Assembly: GCA_038727135.1 (NCBI GenBank)
Contig: JAVYWL010000001.1
Span: forward strand, 160,001-224,000
Direction: 5' to 3'
From: Candidatus Bathyarchaeia archaeon
Lineage (GTDB): Archaea; Thermoproteota; Bathyarchaeia; Bathyarchaeales; Bathycorpusculaceae
DNA: 64,000 nucleotides
Part shown: piece by piece, positions 49,454 through 59,447 of the stretch
Layout: every line of letters starts with the position of its first letter
How positions within the stretch are numbered: the first letter of the stretch is position 1
The notes under the pieces: generated by a model
What the model saw: the letters and a program-made list of their open reading frames with translations, nothing else
Told to the model about the DNA's origin: nothing
The model's database searches: none
Translations under genes and position numbers: made by a program

Positions 49454-50632
49454 CTAGATTTTGTTTAGGGCTTGTTTTAAGTCTGCGATTATGTCTTCTG
49501 GATCTTCTATTCCTAGGGCTAGGCGTACCAGTTGGTCTGTTATGCCAAGTTTTTGGCGTTGTTCTGGGGTTATGAAGTAGTGGGATGATGTTGCTGGCTG
49601 TGTTGCCAAGGTTTCTGTTCCTCCTAGGCTTGCCGCTAAAAGGCATAGTTTTAGGCTTTCCACAAACCGCACTGTTTTTTCAAAGTCCCCTTTAATTTCG
49701 AAGCTTACAACTCCGCCGAAGCCGCGCATCTGTTTTTTAGCTAGGCTGTGCTGCGGATGGCTCGGCAAACCCGGATAGTAGACTTTGGCGACTTTTGGAT
49801 GCTTTTCTAGGAATTTGGCTATTTGCATTCCATTTTGGTTGTGCCTCTCCATTCTTAATACAAGGGTTTTTAAGCCTCTTAGCAGAAGCCAAGCCGCTGC
49901 TGGGTCGAGGGTCCCGCCCAAAATTTTTCGGTTCCGCTTTAAATTTTGGACGAAATCCTTTGAGCCGCAGACGATTCCGGCAGTTATGTCGTTGTGTCCG
50001 CCCAAGTATTTTGTGGCGCTGTGAACAACCACGTCTATGCCAAACTTTATGGGCGTTAAATTGTATGGTGTGGCGAGGGTGCTGTCAACAACCGTTGTTA
50101 TGCCATGTTTTTTGGCTAGGGCTGCTAGACGCTGCAAATCCACAATTTTCAATGTTGGATTTGTGGGAGTTTCGGCGTAGACTAGCTTCGTGTTCTTTTT
50201 TATGGCTTTTTCCACTTCGCCTATTTCTGTAGCATCCACAAGAGTTACTTCAACCCCGAATTTTGGCAGAAACTCTTGGAAGAAGGTTAGGGTCCCGCCA
50301 TAAAGGTCTCTTGAAGCCACAATGTGGTCGCCCTTCGAAACAATTGTGAAGACAGTGGTTGTTATAGCCGCCATTCCAGAGGCGAAGGCAGCTGCATCCT
50401 CCGACCCCTCCAGAAGCGCCATTTTCCTTTCAACAGACCGCACAGTTGGGTTGTCAAACCTTGTGTACAGATAGCCTTCAGCCTTTCCGCTTATAACGTC
50501 AATTAGCTGTTTAGTGCTTTTGAAGGCGAAGACTGAGGTTTCATAAATTGGTGTAGCAACAGCCCCCACAGCGTCGGGTTTTTCTCCGCCATGGACAGCC
50601 TTTGTGGAAAAGCTATAATGCTTTGAAGTCAT
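49454..50632 (-). CDS. Cys/Met metabolism PLP enzyme (cystathionine gamma-synthase / methionine gamma-lyase family)
   Basis: YTRFDNPT, SGMAA, ETPTNP, HSATKYLGGH. Confidence 0.92.
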   Translation of the reverse strand: MTSKHYSFSTKAVHGGEKPDAVGAVATPIYETSVFAFKSTKQLIDVISGKAEGYLYTRFDNPTVRSVERKMALLEGSEDAAAFASGMAAITTTVFTIVSKGDHIVASRDLYGGTLTFFQEFLPKFGVEVTLVDATEIGEVEKAIKKNTKLVYAETPTNPTLKIVDLQRLAALAKKHGITTVVDSTLATPYNLTPIKFGIDVVVHSATKYLGGHNDITAGIVCGSKDFVQNLKRNRKILGGTLDPAAAWLLLRGLKTLVLRMERHNQNGMQIAKFLEKHPKVAKVYYPGLPSHPQHSLAKKQMRGFGGVVSFEIKGDFEKTVRFVESLKLCLLAASLGGTETLATQPATSSHYFITPEQRQKLGITDQLVRLALGIEDPEDIIADLKQALNKI

Positions 50633-50738
50633 CCGGTTCACCCTTTAAATCATTGTTTCATGGCTTGTTTGAGAAATAACTTTTTAGGCTTGGCGCTAAT
50701 ATTTTAGACAAAACCGCTTGTTAGAGGTTTAGCACATC

Positions 50739-52421
50739 ATGTTTGATAGGCAGAAGATTGAGGAAATAGCCAAGGAAAGGGAACGCTGGGAAAAATCAAC
50801 ACTCCCCAACTGGATTAAGCAATGCCCAGAACGCCAAAAGGAGTTTAAGAATCATTCTGGAATGACGATTAAGGGCTTGTACACGCCAGAAGACATCAAA
50901 GACATGGATTACATGCGAGACTTGGGCTTTCCAGGCGAGTACCCCTTCACACGGGGTTTGCACGCCACCATGTATCGTGGACGCCTATGGACCATGCGAA
51001 TGTTCGCCGGCTACGGCACTGCGGAAGACACCAACAAACGCTTCAAATACTTGTTAAGTGAAGGCGAAACTGGGCTTAGCACGGCTTTCGACTATCCAAC
51101 GATTATGGGCTATGATTCTGACCACCCGATGGCTAGGGGCGAAGTTGGCGTATGCGGAGTAGCCATTTCATCACTTCAAGACATGGAAATCCTATTTGAT
51201 GGCATACCGCTGGACAAAGTTACAACGTCCATGACGATTAATGGTCCAGCTTCTGTTTTACTCGCCATGTATATTGCCGTAGGCGACAAGCAAGGCGTTC
51301 CACGAGAAAAATTGGGAGGCACAACACAAAACGACAATTTGAAGGAGTTCTTCGCCCAGAAGCTCTGCATTTTCCCGCCCAAGCCATCGCTTAAGCTTTC
51401 AGTCGACGTCATAGAATACTGTGCTAGGCACTTGCCGAAATGGAACCCCATAAGCATAAGTGGCTACCACATCCGGGAGGCTGGAGCCACGGCTGTTCAG
51501 GAGTTGGCTTTCACTCTTTATGACGGCATAGCCTATGTTGAAGAGACCCTTAAGAGGGGCTTGAAGGTGGACGATTTTGCGCCTCGCTTGTCCTTCTTCT
51601 TCGCTTCCCACAACGACTTCTTTGAGGAAATAGCCAAATTCCGCGCCGCCAGACGCCTCTGGGCTAAGATAATGAAGGAGAGGTTCCATGCGAAAAATCC
51701 GCGTTCCATGTGGATGCGCATGCACGTCCAAACTTCGGGCTGCACCTTAACCGCTCAGCAGCCTTTAAACAATATTGTCCGCACAACAATTCAGGCTTTA
51801 GCCGCTGTTCTCGGCGGAACCCAGTCGCTTCACACAAACTCTTTTGACGAGGCTTTATGCTTGCCCACAGAAGAATCCGTGAGGGTGGCGTTAAGAACCC
51901 AACAGATATTAGCCTACGAAAGCGGAGTGGCAAACACTGTGGACCCGCTTGCCGGCTCCTACTACGTGGAGGCTTTAACCAACGAGATGGAGGAGAAGGC
52001 CATGGAATACATCCAAAAAATCGACGACATGGGAGGAGTAATCCCAGCCATAGAGAAGGGCTTCTTCCAGAGGGAAATAGCCGACAGCGCCTACCGCTAC
52101 CAGCGGGAGATAGAGGAGAAAAAGCGCATAATAGTGGGCGTCAACGAATACGCCATAGAGGGCGAAGAAATTCCAATTAAGCTTTTGAGGGTTGACCCAA
52201 GCGTTGAGAAAAAGCAGATAGAGCGCCTTCAGAAACTGCGAAGAGAACGTGACAATAGAAAGGTTAAGGAAGTGCTTGAAAAACTTCACTATGCAGCCGA
52301 GAAGGAAGAGAATCTTATGCCAACCATTATTGAGGCTGTTAAGGCTTACGCCACATTGGGCGAAATAATGGATGTCCTGCGAAAAGTTTACGGAGAATAC
52401 AGAGAACTAATAGTAATCTAA
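50739..52421 (+). CDS. B12-dependent acyl-CoA mutase large subunit, isobutyryl-CoA mutase type
   Basis: [33 protein letters not shown]. Confidence 0.9.
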   Translation: MFDRQKIEEIAKERERWEKSTLPNWIKQCPERQKEFKNHSGMTIKGLYTPEDIKDMDYMRDLGFPGEYPFTRGLHATMYRGRLWTMRMFAGYGTAEDTNKRFKYLLSEGETGLSTAFDYPTIMGYDSDHPMARGEVGVCGVAISSLQDMEILFDGIPLDKVTTSMTINGPASVLLAMYIAVGDKQGVPREKLGGTTQNDNLKEFFAQKLCIFPPKPSLKLSVDVIEYCARHLPKWNPISISGYHIREAGATAVQELAFTLYDGIAYVEETLKRGLKVDDFAPRLSFFFASHNDFFEEIAKFRAARRLWAKIMKERFHAKNPRSMWMRMHVQTSGCTLTAQQPLNNIVRTTIQALAAVLGGTQSLHTNSFDEALCLPTEESVRVALRTQQILAYESGVANTVDPLAGSYYVEALTNEMEEKAMEYIQKIDDMGGVIPAIEKGFFQREIADSAYRYQREIEEKKRIIVGVNEYAIEGEEIPIKLLRVDPSVEKKQIERLQKLRRERDNRKVKEVLEKLHYAAEKEENLMPTIIEAVKAYATLGEIMDVLRKVYGEYRELIVI

Positions 52422-52422
52422 A

Positions 52423-52848
52423 ATGGGGGAAGCAGAAATGAGCGAAAGTGGAAGAAAAATAAGGGTTTTGATAGCCAAGCCGGGACTGGACAGCCACGAC
52501 AGAGGAGCAAAGGTTGTTGCAAGAGCCTTACGTGACGCCGGAATGGAGGTAATATACACAGGGTTGAGGCAGACGCCAGAACAAATTGTTGAAACAGCCC
52601 TGCAAGAGGATGTCGATGTCATCGGCTTAAGCATCTTGTCAGGAGCGCACATGGCACTTTTCCCGAGGATAATGGAACTGTTGAAAGAGAAGGGCTTGAC
52701 AGACGTTTTAGTGTTTGCAGGAGGAATAATCCCAGAGGAAGACGTCCCAGAGCTTAAAAAGATTGGGATAAGAGAGGTTTTTGGACCCGGAACCCCAACG
52801 GACAAGATTGTAAAATATGTGTTGGAGAATGCGCCAAAAAGAAGATAA
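52423..52848 (+). CDS. Acyl-CoA mutase cobalamin-binding small subunit
   Basis: [10 protein letters not shown] (DxHxxG), SILSG, GGIIP. Confidence 0.93.
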   Translation: MGEAEMSESGRKIRVLIAKPGLDSHDRGAKVVARALRDAGMEVIYTGLRQTPEQIVETALQEDVDVIGLSILSGAHMALFPRIMELLKEKGLTDVLVFAGGIIPEEDVPELKKIGIREVFGPGTPTDKIVKYVLENAPKRR

Positions 52849-52864
52849 AAGCCGGTAAAAGCCA

Positions 52865-53812
52865 TTGCAGAAAATTGAGGAAATAGCCAAAGGCGTGCTC
52901 GCCGGGGACAAAAGAAGCATAGCAAAAGCCATAACCATAGCCGAGAACAGCCCAGAAGGAGCCCAACGCTTAATTGCGATGGTTTACCCCCACACAGGAA
53001 AAGCCCACATAATAGGCTTGACCGGTCCTGGGGGTTCTGGAAAAAGCACTTTAATAGAGAAGATGGTCCGCGAATATAGGCGGATAGGAAAAACTGTCGG
53101 CGTGATAGCCGTTGACCCAACAAGCCCCTTCACGGGCGGAGCCTTCTTGGGCGATAGAATCCGCATGCAAGAGCTAAGCACGGACGAGGGTGTTTTTATT
53201 CGCAGCATGGCGACAAGAAACAATCCGGGAGGAATAGCCAAAGCCACAAAGGACGCCGTGAAAATACTTGACGCTTCTGGAAAAGATATAATAATTGTTG
53301 AAACAGTCGGCGCTGGACAGTCAGAAGTGGAAATAATCAAAGTGGCGCAAACAATAGTTGTTATTCACGCACCAGGACTCGGCGACGAGATTCAAGCCAT
53401 AAAGGCTGGGATAATGGAGATCGCCGACATATTCGTTGTTAATAAGGCTGACCGTGAAAACGCTGACAAAGCTGTGATGGACCTTCAAGCCATGCTGCAG
53501 CTGGATAATAAGGAGAAGGCTTGGACGCCGCCGATAATAAAGACCGTCGCCCTCACCGGCGAAGGCGTCCCACAATTGATAGAGAAGATAGAGGAGCATT
53601 GGCAATACCTCCAAAAGGGACCTTTACACAAAAGAAGCTTGGAAAAGGCTGAGGCTGAGCTTGTTGAAGCCATAAAGGATAAGGTGACAAGCTCGATAAT
53701 CGAGAAACTGAAGCGGGAAAAACGCTTCGAGGAGATTTTAAGGCGAATTGTCGAACGAGAAATAGACCCAGCGTCAGCCGCGGAAAAACTTCTAAATCAA
53801 ATGTTAGAGTAG
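52865..53812 (+). CDS. meaB: MeaB/ArgK GTPase chaperone
   Basis: GPGGSGKST, DPTSP..GGA.LGDRIRM, ETVGAGQ, NKAD. Confidence 0.93.
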   Translation: MQKIEEIAKGVLAGDKRSIAKAITIAENSPEGAQRLIAMVYPHTGKAHIIGLTGPGGSGKSTLIEKMVREYRRIGKTVGVIAVDPTSPFTGGAFLGDRIRMQELSTDEGVFIRSMATRNNPGGIAKATKDAVKILDASGKDIIIVETVGAGQSEVEIIKVAQTIVVIHAPGLGDEIQAIKAGIMEIADIFVVNKADRENADKAVMDLQAMLQLDNKEKAWTPPIIKTVALTGEGVPQLIEKIEEHWQYLQKGPLHKRSLEKAEAELVEAIKDKVTSSIIEKLKREKRFEEILRRIVEREIDPASAAEKLLNQMLE

Positions 53813-53827
53813 AGGGCTGAAAAGGCG

Positions 53828-54358
53828 ATGCCGAAGCTTGAAAGGGGTCTTGTGCAAGTCTACACCGGAGATGGGAAAGGCAAAACTTCAGCAGCTTTCG
53901 GGTTGGCTTTAAGGGCTATAGGTAGAGGCCTAAAAGTCTACATTATACAGTTTATAAAAGGCGGATTCGACTACGGGGAACTCTACATTGTTGATAGGCT
54001 GCCAAATCTCACATTGAAAGCCTTTGGAAGGGGAAAATTTGTCACAACGCAACCACCATCGGAAGAGGACGTGAAGCTTGCGGAAGAAGCCCTCCGGCTA
54101 GCGGAAAAAACCATCAAAAGCGGGGAATACGACCTAGTTATACTAGACGAGATTAATGTGGCTTTGAACCTCAAACTCATAAGCCTAGAAAAGGTTTTGG
54201 AACTTATTGAGAGCAAGCCGAAACACGTGGAGCTGGTTTTAACTGGACGTTATGCACCCAAGGAGATAATTGATGTTGCAGACCTCGTCACAGAAATGCG
54301 GGAAGTTAAACACCCCTTTAAGAAGGGATGCCAAGCGAGGGAAGGAATAGAGTTTTGA
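53828..54358 (+). CDS. cobO: Cob(I)alamin adenosyltransferase CobO/BtuR
   Basis: YTGDGKGKTSAA, QFIKG, LDEI, LTGR. Confidence 0.93.
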   Translation: MPKLERGLVQVYTGDGKGKTSAAFGLALRAIGRGLKVYIIQFIKGGFDYGELYIVDRLPNLTLKAFGRGKFVTTQPPSEEDVKLAEEALRLAEKTIKSGEYDLVILDEINVALNLKLISLEKVLELIESKPKHVELVLTGRYAPKEIIDVADLVTEMREVKHPFKKGCQAREGIEF

Positions 54359-54370
54359 AGATGACGCGCA

Positions 54371-54997
54371 ATGCCGAATGCGGAAAAAGAGGCAAAACAA
54401 AATTTTTCAGATGTTATTAAAACTTCGTGGGTTAGGTCCGCCATAATCGTTGGGCTAATTTTTCTCGCCATAGGAATAGCCGCCATATTCATATTCAAAG
54501 CCATAAACATTGGCAGTTTTCAAATAATTTCAGATGTAAAGGCTTTTGCGAAGGATTACGGTGTTTTAGGGGTTTTCCTCGCCACAATACTTGCCGGAAC
54601 CGTTGTCCCGCTTGGAAGCCCAGCACTCGTGGTGGCGGCAGCCTCACTAGGAATCCATCCATTGCCGCTAGTGGTTGCCGCAACAACCGGCTTCACTATA
54701 GGCATGACAATAAATTATTATTTGGCTTACCGTTTGGGAAGACCATTTGTAATTAAAAAGGTGGGCGCTGAAAAACTTGAGGAAGCCATATTTTTATGGA
54801 GCCGTTGGGGCTGGATTCTTTATACGCTGTTTGGTTTAGTTCCATTTCTGCCAGTGGAGTTTTTGGCTCTGGTCTACGGACTTTTAAAAGCAAGTATCAA
54901 AACCTTTCTTCTTTTGAGTTTTACGCCTAGGCTAATAGTTTTTGCAGTTCTCGCATATTTTGGAGAAGCCATCGGAGGCTGGATTGGAATAATTTAG
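54371..54997 (+). CDS. DedA/VTT family membrane protein
   Basis: G.TIG..INY.LAY.LG pattern, TM helices. Confidence 0.8.
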   Translation: MPNAEKEAKQNFSDVIKTSWVRSAIIVGLIFLAIGIAAIFIFKAINIGSFQIISDVKAFAKDYGVLGVFLATILAGTVVPLGSPALVVAAASLGIHPLPLVVAATTGFTIGMTINYYLAYRLGRPFVIKKVGAEKLEEAIFLWSRWGWILYTLFGLVPFLPVEFLALVYGLLKASIKTFLLLSFTPRLIVFAVLAYFGEAIGGWIGII

Positions 54998-55038
54998 GTT
55001 GGCTTTTAGGCACAAGGTGCTAGCGAATGATAAGCTGA

Positions 55039-55278
55039 CTAAGTTCTTATGGGTGGCGGAACAGCAATAAGGGTTTGTGTGCGGCGAACACCCCTAATCT
55101 GCTGAACCCTTTCAATTATTTTTCCAAGCTCCTCAACCTTCGCAAACTCCACGTAAGCAACAACGTCAAACTGTCCAGTCACAGCATGAGCCATCTTAAC
55201 ACCATCAATTTTTAGGGCTGCTTCGGCAACCTCCCAAATCATGCCAGCCTCAGCATTTATCAAAATGTAAGCTTCCAA
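55039..55278 (-). CDS. Stand-alone Lrp/AsnC ligand-binding domain
   Basis: AYILI...VTGQFDVVA...GVRRTQT. Confidence 0.85.
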   Translation of the reverse strand: MEAYILINAEAGMIWEVAEAALKIDGVKMAHAVTGQFDVVAYVEFAKVEELGKIIERVQQIRGVRRTQTLIAVPPPIRT

Positions 55279-55343
55279 ACCGTTCAAACCCCCTTTATAC
55301 TGTAATCGGTTGGTTGTGCATAAAAAATTTGGCAAAATCAAGG

Positions 55344-55958
55344 TTACTTTTGTTGAGCACGTCTAAGAAAGTTTCTGAGGGCGTTTCTAATCTCTTTCAA
55401 TGTTAGGATTCTCTGCTGGAATTCTGGTTTGAAGGGGTGGGTTTCGCTTTCAAGAAGCTCTTTTAGGCGGGCGTAATAGGCTTCAAACTCTTCTGGTGTG
55501 TTGCTCTTAAATTTGAAGATGGCTGTTCCGCCCTTTGGGTTTTCCCAGCGCTTGTCATAGGCTTCTATGGGGCGGGCGGTGCCAAACCGTTCAAGGCTTC
55601 TCTCGATCAAAATTTCCTTCTCAACGCTGAAAACTACGAGTAGGCTGTTAACGGGTGAAACCTTCGATGTTAAAAGAAATTCTCGGGTCACATTGTCTGG
55701 GGCTGTGGAGTCTATAACGACGCTGTAGCCTTTCTTTAGGAGGATATCTCGCATTTCGGCAGTAAGTGAATAAACAAGAAATTCATCGCGGCATGGAAAA
55801 CCCTCATAAAAGAGCATTTGTCTCAACTCGTCAACGCCTATTCTGGCTATGTATGGATAATCGGCGACAAGCCTCTTGGCAAGCATAGTTTTGCCAGAAC
55901 CTGGATAGCCGCTTAAAACGATTAGCCACAAACCCTTGAGACTATCGTCCATAGCCAA
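55344..55958 (-). CDS. P-loop kinase (AAA_33-like)
   Basis: LSGYPGSGKT, VVIDST. Confidence 0.8.
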   Translation of the reverse strand: MAMDDSLKGLWLIVLSGYPGSGKTMLAKRLVADYPYIARIGVDELRQMLFYEGFPCRDEFLVYSLTAEMRDILLKKGYSVVIDSTAPDNVTREFLLTSKVSPVNSLLVVFSVEKEILIERSLERFGTARPIEAYDKRWENPKGGTAIFKFKSNTPEEFEAYYARLKELLESETHPFKPEFQQRILTLKEIRNALRNFLRRAQQK

Positions 55959-56045
55959 CCCTCACACAACCGCCCAGTTGAGGCTCAAAATCTCAAAATT
56001 AAGTGCCTTAAAAATTTAAAGACTAAAGAAATAAGATGGGAAGTT

Positions 56046-57083
56046 TTAGGATAGTTTTTCTCCACAGTTTGGACAGAACTTGGCTCCGGCTTGAACCTCG
56101 CTTCCACACTTTGGACACTTGGCTGTTGCTTGCAGCGGGCTTCCGCAGTTTATGCAGAACCTGGCTCCAGCAGGGTTTGATGTCCCACATTTGGGACAGT
56201 TAACCCCTCCAACAGCTTGCAGTGGCGCGCCACAGTTGCTGCAGAACTTTGCCGTCTGTGGATTCTGGAAATTACATTTCGGACATAACACCATTGGTGC
56301 TGCTGGCGCCGGTGTTGGTGCTGGCTGAAGCACTTGTGGAAGTATCACCGCTCCAGCTCCCACAGCTGCTCCTGGGCTTTTGGATAAGCTTTCAGCCGAT
56401 TTTTGGACGGTCTCCATCCTCAGAACGTCGGTTGCTGCAACACCGGTCTTTACATAGAACAGCCTATCTCTCCATTCAGGCGTTGTGTCAATTCCCTCAA
56501 ATTTAACATCTATAAGCTCAAGACCTACCCTCGAGAAGGCGTCGAAAAGGGCGTTTTTAGCCACAAGGCTTGTTTCGTCCAGCTTTCCATAAACCTCCGC
56601 CAGCGAGTACTGGCTTAGAGTGTCAATAAGCCTCTCATTGAAATAGCCCCTCAAAAAGTCTTGAAGCTTATCGGTTGTGAAGACCCCTTGTCCGCCCACC
56701 ACTTCGTTAACGAAGAGGTTTGGCTCCTCAACCCTAAACCAGAAGCTTCCAAAGAACTTTATTGGGGCAAGCTCCTTAGTCTGGCTTTGGGCGCCGAACC
56801 TTCCTTGAAACTGTTTAAGTGAGATGAAAATTACGGTGCATCTAAAGGGGACCTTATCAAAACCAGCAATTTTAGACAACACTTTTGTTAGTAGCGGGAG
56901 ATTTGCCGTTGTCAAAACGTGACGCCCAGCCCTAAAAACATCGTAGGCTTTTCCATCTCTGAAGAAGACTGCAGCCTCATACTCGTGGACTATCAGGTTG
57001 TCTCCCCAAGCTATTTCTTCATTTGGATATCTCCAAACTATGTCCCCTTCCCTTGCTCCCGTCCACTCAATAACTTTTGGCAT
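56046..57083 (-). CDS. SPFH-domain protein with C-terminal zinc ribbons
   Basis: LIVHEYEAAVFFRDG, GRHVLTTANLP; three CPKC..KFC..CG units. Confidence 0.88.
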   Translation of the reverse strand: MPKVIEWTGAREGDIVWRYPNEEIAWGDNLIVHEYEAAVFFRDGKAYDVFRAGRHVLTTANLPLLTKVLSKIAGFDKVPFRCTVIFISLKQFQGRFGAQSQTKELAPIKFFGSFWFRVEEPNLFVNEVVGGQGVFTTDKLQDFLRGYFNERLIDTLSQYSLAEVYGKLDETSLVAKNALFDAFSRVGLELIDVKFEGIDTTPEWRDRLFYVKTGVAATDVLRMETVQKSAESLSKSPGAAVGAGAVILPQVLQPAPTPAPAAPMVLCPKCNFQNPQTAKFCSNCGAPLQAVGGVNCPKCGTSNPAGARFCINCGSPLQATAKCPKCGSEVQAGAKFCPNCGEKLS

Positions 57084-57100
57084 TCAACCTCACCTCCCTT

Positions 57101-57640
57101 CTAGCCTTGCAACCCCCTAAGAATTTCTGACCTCTGGTCAATCAGCCTATCCAACTCCTCAACCTTTGATGTTAAATCGTCCATGGCTTGCCTCCATTCG
57201 CCCCCGCCAACACTCATCTTAACAACTTTCTCAACGTCTAACCTTATGGATTCAGCCTTCTCAATAAGGTTTACATCGTACTGGAGAACTTGGTCAAGCT
57301 TGTCCTCCCGCACCTTAACCGCATCGAACATCCCGGCATATCCAGCAACAGCCCTATCTATTCTTTGGGTTACCCTATCAAGACGTGATAATAGCACCTC
57401 ATACCTGTATGTGTCTTCTCCCGAAAGCCTCTGAGCAACAGACGGGTTTGCGAAGCTTCTCCTAAAAATTGTTTTTGCATCCTTAAGTCTATTCACAACT
57501 TCCATGCGGACGAGGCGGTCACTTTCCCTTCGAAGTTCCTTCTCCTTGTAGCCTCTGTATCCCGGAATATAGCTCATGATTCTCTCTAGGAGGCTTCTTT
57601 CTCCGCGAACCTTTTCCAAATATTCTTTCCCGCTCATCAC
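57101..57640 (-). CDS. Helical protein associated with the SPFH gene
   Basis: IPGYRGYKEKELRRESDRLVR; same operon. Confidence 0.75.
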   Translation of the reverse strand: MMSGKEYLEKVRGERSLLERIMSYIPGYRGYKEKELRRESDRLVRMEVVNRLKDAKTIFRRSFANPSVAQRLSGEDTYRYEVLLSRLDRVTQRIDRAVAGYAGMFDAVKVREDKLDQVLQYDVNLIEKAESIRLDVEKVVKMSVGGGEWRQAMDDLTSKVEELDRLIDQRSEILRGLQG

Positions 57641-57984
57641 TTACCCTTCTTGTAGGCAGCTATACCTATGACAGCCATCATAATTAAAAGTATCCCCAGA
57701 ACTAGAAGCGGTGGCACGACCGCGTAGGTTGCTGAAACAACACCAACACATGTCATGATAATTCCCCAGACAAGATGGTAAATTGGGTCTTTACGGCTGA
57801 AAAACGCGTAAAATAACGTGTAAACTCCTAAGGGACCAAAAATCCAGAATGGGATGTTAAGATAGTCGAAGGGAATTATATTAACGCTGTAGACAACAGC
57901 CGCCAGACCTAAGGAAGCGACAAGAACTGCGAGGGCGCCCGCGCCATAGCCGAGTGAAGATGATTTTCTCTCAGATTCCAACAT
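57637..57984 (-). CDS. Four-TM membrane protein
   Basis: Hydrophobic; overlaps next gene. Confidence 0.7.
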   Translation of the reverse strand: MLESERKSSSLGYGAGALAVLVASLGLAAVVYSVNIIPFDYLNIPFWIFGPLGVYTLFYAFFSRKDPIYHLVWGIIMTCVGVVSATYAVVPPLLVLGILLIMMAVIGIAAYKKGK

Positions 57985-58090
57985 TTCTCCTCCAAACGTG
58001 TAATGATTATTTCTAGCATTGCCTATTAAGGTTTCACAAATTATGGGCTGGATGGAAGTTTAACCGTTGTAGAAACGTTTTCAGCGGGGC

Positions 58091-58789
58091 TTACTCTAGG
58101 ATTAGCGGGTATATTTCTTTAGCCACGTATTCTAGGTATTTCTCCTTATCCGTTAGGTTGAATATGGTTACCGAGGCATCCCTTGTTATGCCAACCACAT
58201 AGCCGTACTCTCTTGCTCTAGCTACAATGTACCATAGGTCGCCGTGCTTGCAGTAGTCCTCAAAAAGCGAGGTGTTCACCAAGTCCGGTCCATAAAGCGA
58301 AAGCTTGTTCACGTTGGGAATATCCACATTATCAAAAAACGTGATTTTTGTGTCTTCCGGGTTTTTTAGGTGGAACTCGCGGAGGGTTTCTGGCGGTATG
58401 CGGGCTTCCACTATTCCGCCAATTTTGTCAAATAAAATTTCGCTAAGCTTGTTAGCTATAAAATTGGCTAGGCGTTTTTTCTCAACAACTGTCAGGAATG
58501 TGGCGTCTTCCAGTTTGGAAAAACTGAAGAGGGCTTCAACTGTGCGGGGTAGAGGCGCGACTTTGCCTCTGTGGAAGACGTGGATTATGTAGTCGTGGGA
58601 GTATACGCCCCTAAGCATGTTCTCTTCTGGTTTTGGGAGAAGCCCCACAACTTCTGTTACAAGCGTGAACTTGTAGTCGCCCTCCTCATAGGATTCCTCA
58701 ACGCGGTAGCCCTCAAGCCTAGAAGCAACCTCGTCCAGCGGAAGCGGTTCTGAAAGCCTAAAAACCTTGCCGGCAACAACCATCAACAC
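58091..58789 (-). CDS. Conserved archaeal hypothetical protein
   Basis: Long clean ORF; FFDNVDIPNVNKLSLYG. Confidence 0.7.
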   Translation of the reverse strand: MLMVVAGKVFRLSEPLPLDEVASRLEGYRVEESYEEGDYKFTLVTEVVGLLPKPEENMLRGVYSHDYIIHVFHRGKVAPLPRTVEALFSFSKLEDATFLTVVEKKRLANFIANKLSEILFDKIGGIVEARIPPETLREFHLKNPEDTKITFFDNVDIPNVNKLSLYGPDLVNTSLFEDYCKHGDLWYIVARAREYGYVVGITRDASVTIFNLTDKEKYLEYVAKEIYPLILE

Positions 58790-59077
58790 ATCGCCAAAAA
58801 CGTATAATGCGCGTTGAAGACTAAAGCCTTACGCTTAGGGCTTTGGAACATTTATGTCATCTACCAAACTAAATACGTGATTATGAGCTACACCCGGAAC
58901 AGGTTAAACTCTACCTAAAGGATTTGGTCGAGAGGTTTAATAGGCATAGGATATGGTACGTGATTGTTGGAGCAATACCGGTGCATTTTTATGGCAGACA
59001 TGGGTGAAAGAATGGACTGGATTACCTAATGAGAAGGGCTTGGCGCACCTCATAAAGTATTACCGGGAGGGATTGAA

Positions 59078-59323
59078 ATGGAAGGCAAGTTAAAGTCGCC
59101 AATTTATAGGGATGGAATACTTTTCTGCTCCTATTGTCGCTCACCACTCTTAACGATTAAGGAAACCTATTTTAGGTTTAAGTGCGCCGTGTGCCAAAGG
59201 CCCCTTGGAAAACTTACAATGGCGACTTTGAAGAGGATGTTTGATGACTTTCCAAAGGAATTGGCAAAAGAATGGACGCTGGAGATGGAGGCTAGGAAAA
59301 AGCTTAGCCATGGCAAATTTTAA
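59078..59323 (+). CDS. Small zinc-finger protein
   Basis: CSYC...CAVC; SD GGAGG. Confidence 0.6.
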   Translation: MEGKLKSPIYRDGILFCSYCRSPLLTIKETYFRFKCAVCQRPLGKLTMATLKRMFDDFPKELAKEWTLEMEARKKLSHGKF

Positions 59324-59447
59324 CAGTCCAAGAATTTGTTAAAATTATTGGTTTGCCTTTGTTGCTGGTTGCCTAATTGCTTTAATAAGAGTTTTTATCC
59401 CTATTTCATACTGCATAAGGGTAAGGCGTTAGAGGAAAAGAAGTCAG

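Noticed and set aside
50739-52421. Methylmalonyl-CoA mutase call
   Set aside because: Tyr/Arg carboxylate-binding residues replaced by Phe/Gln
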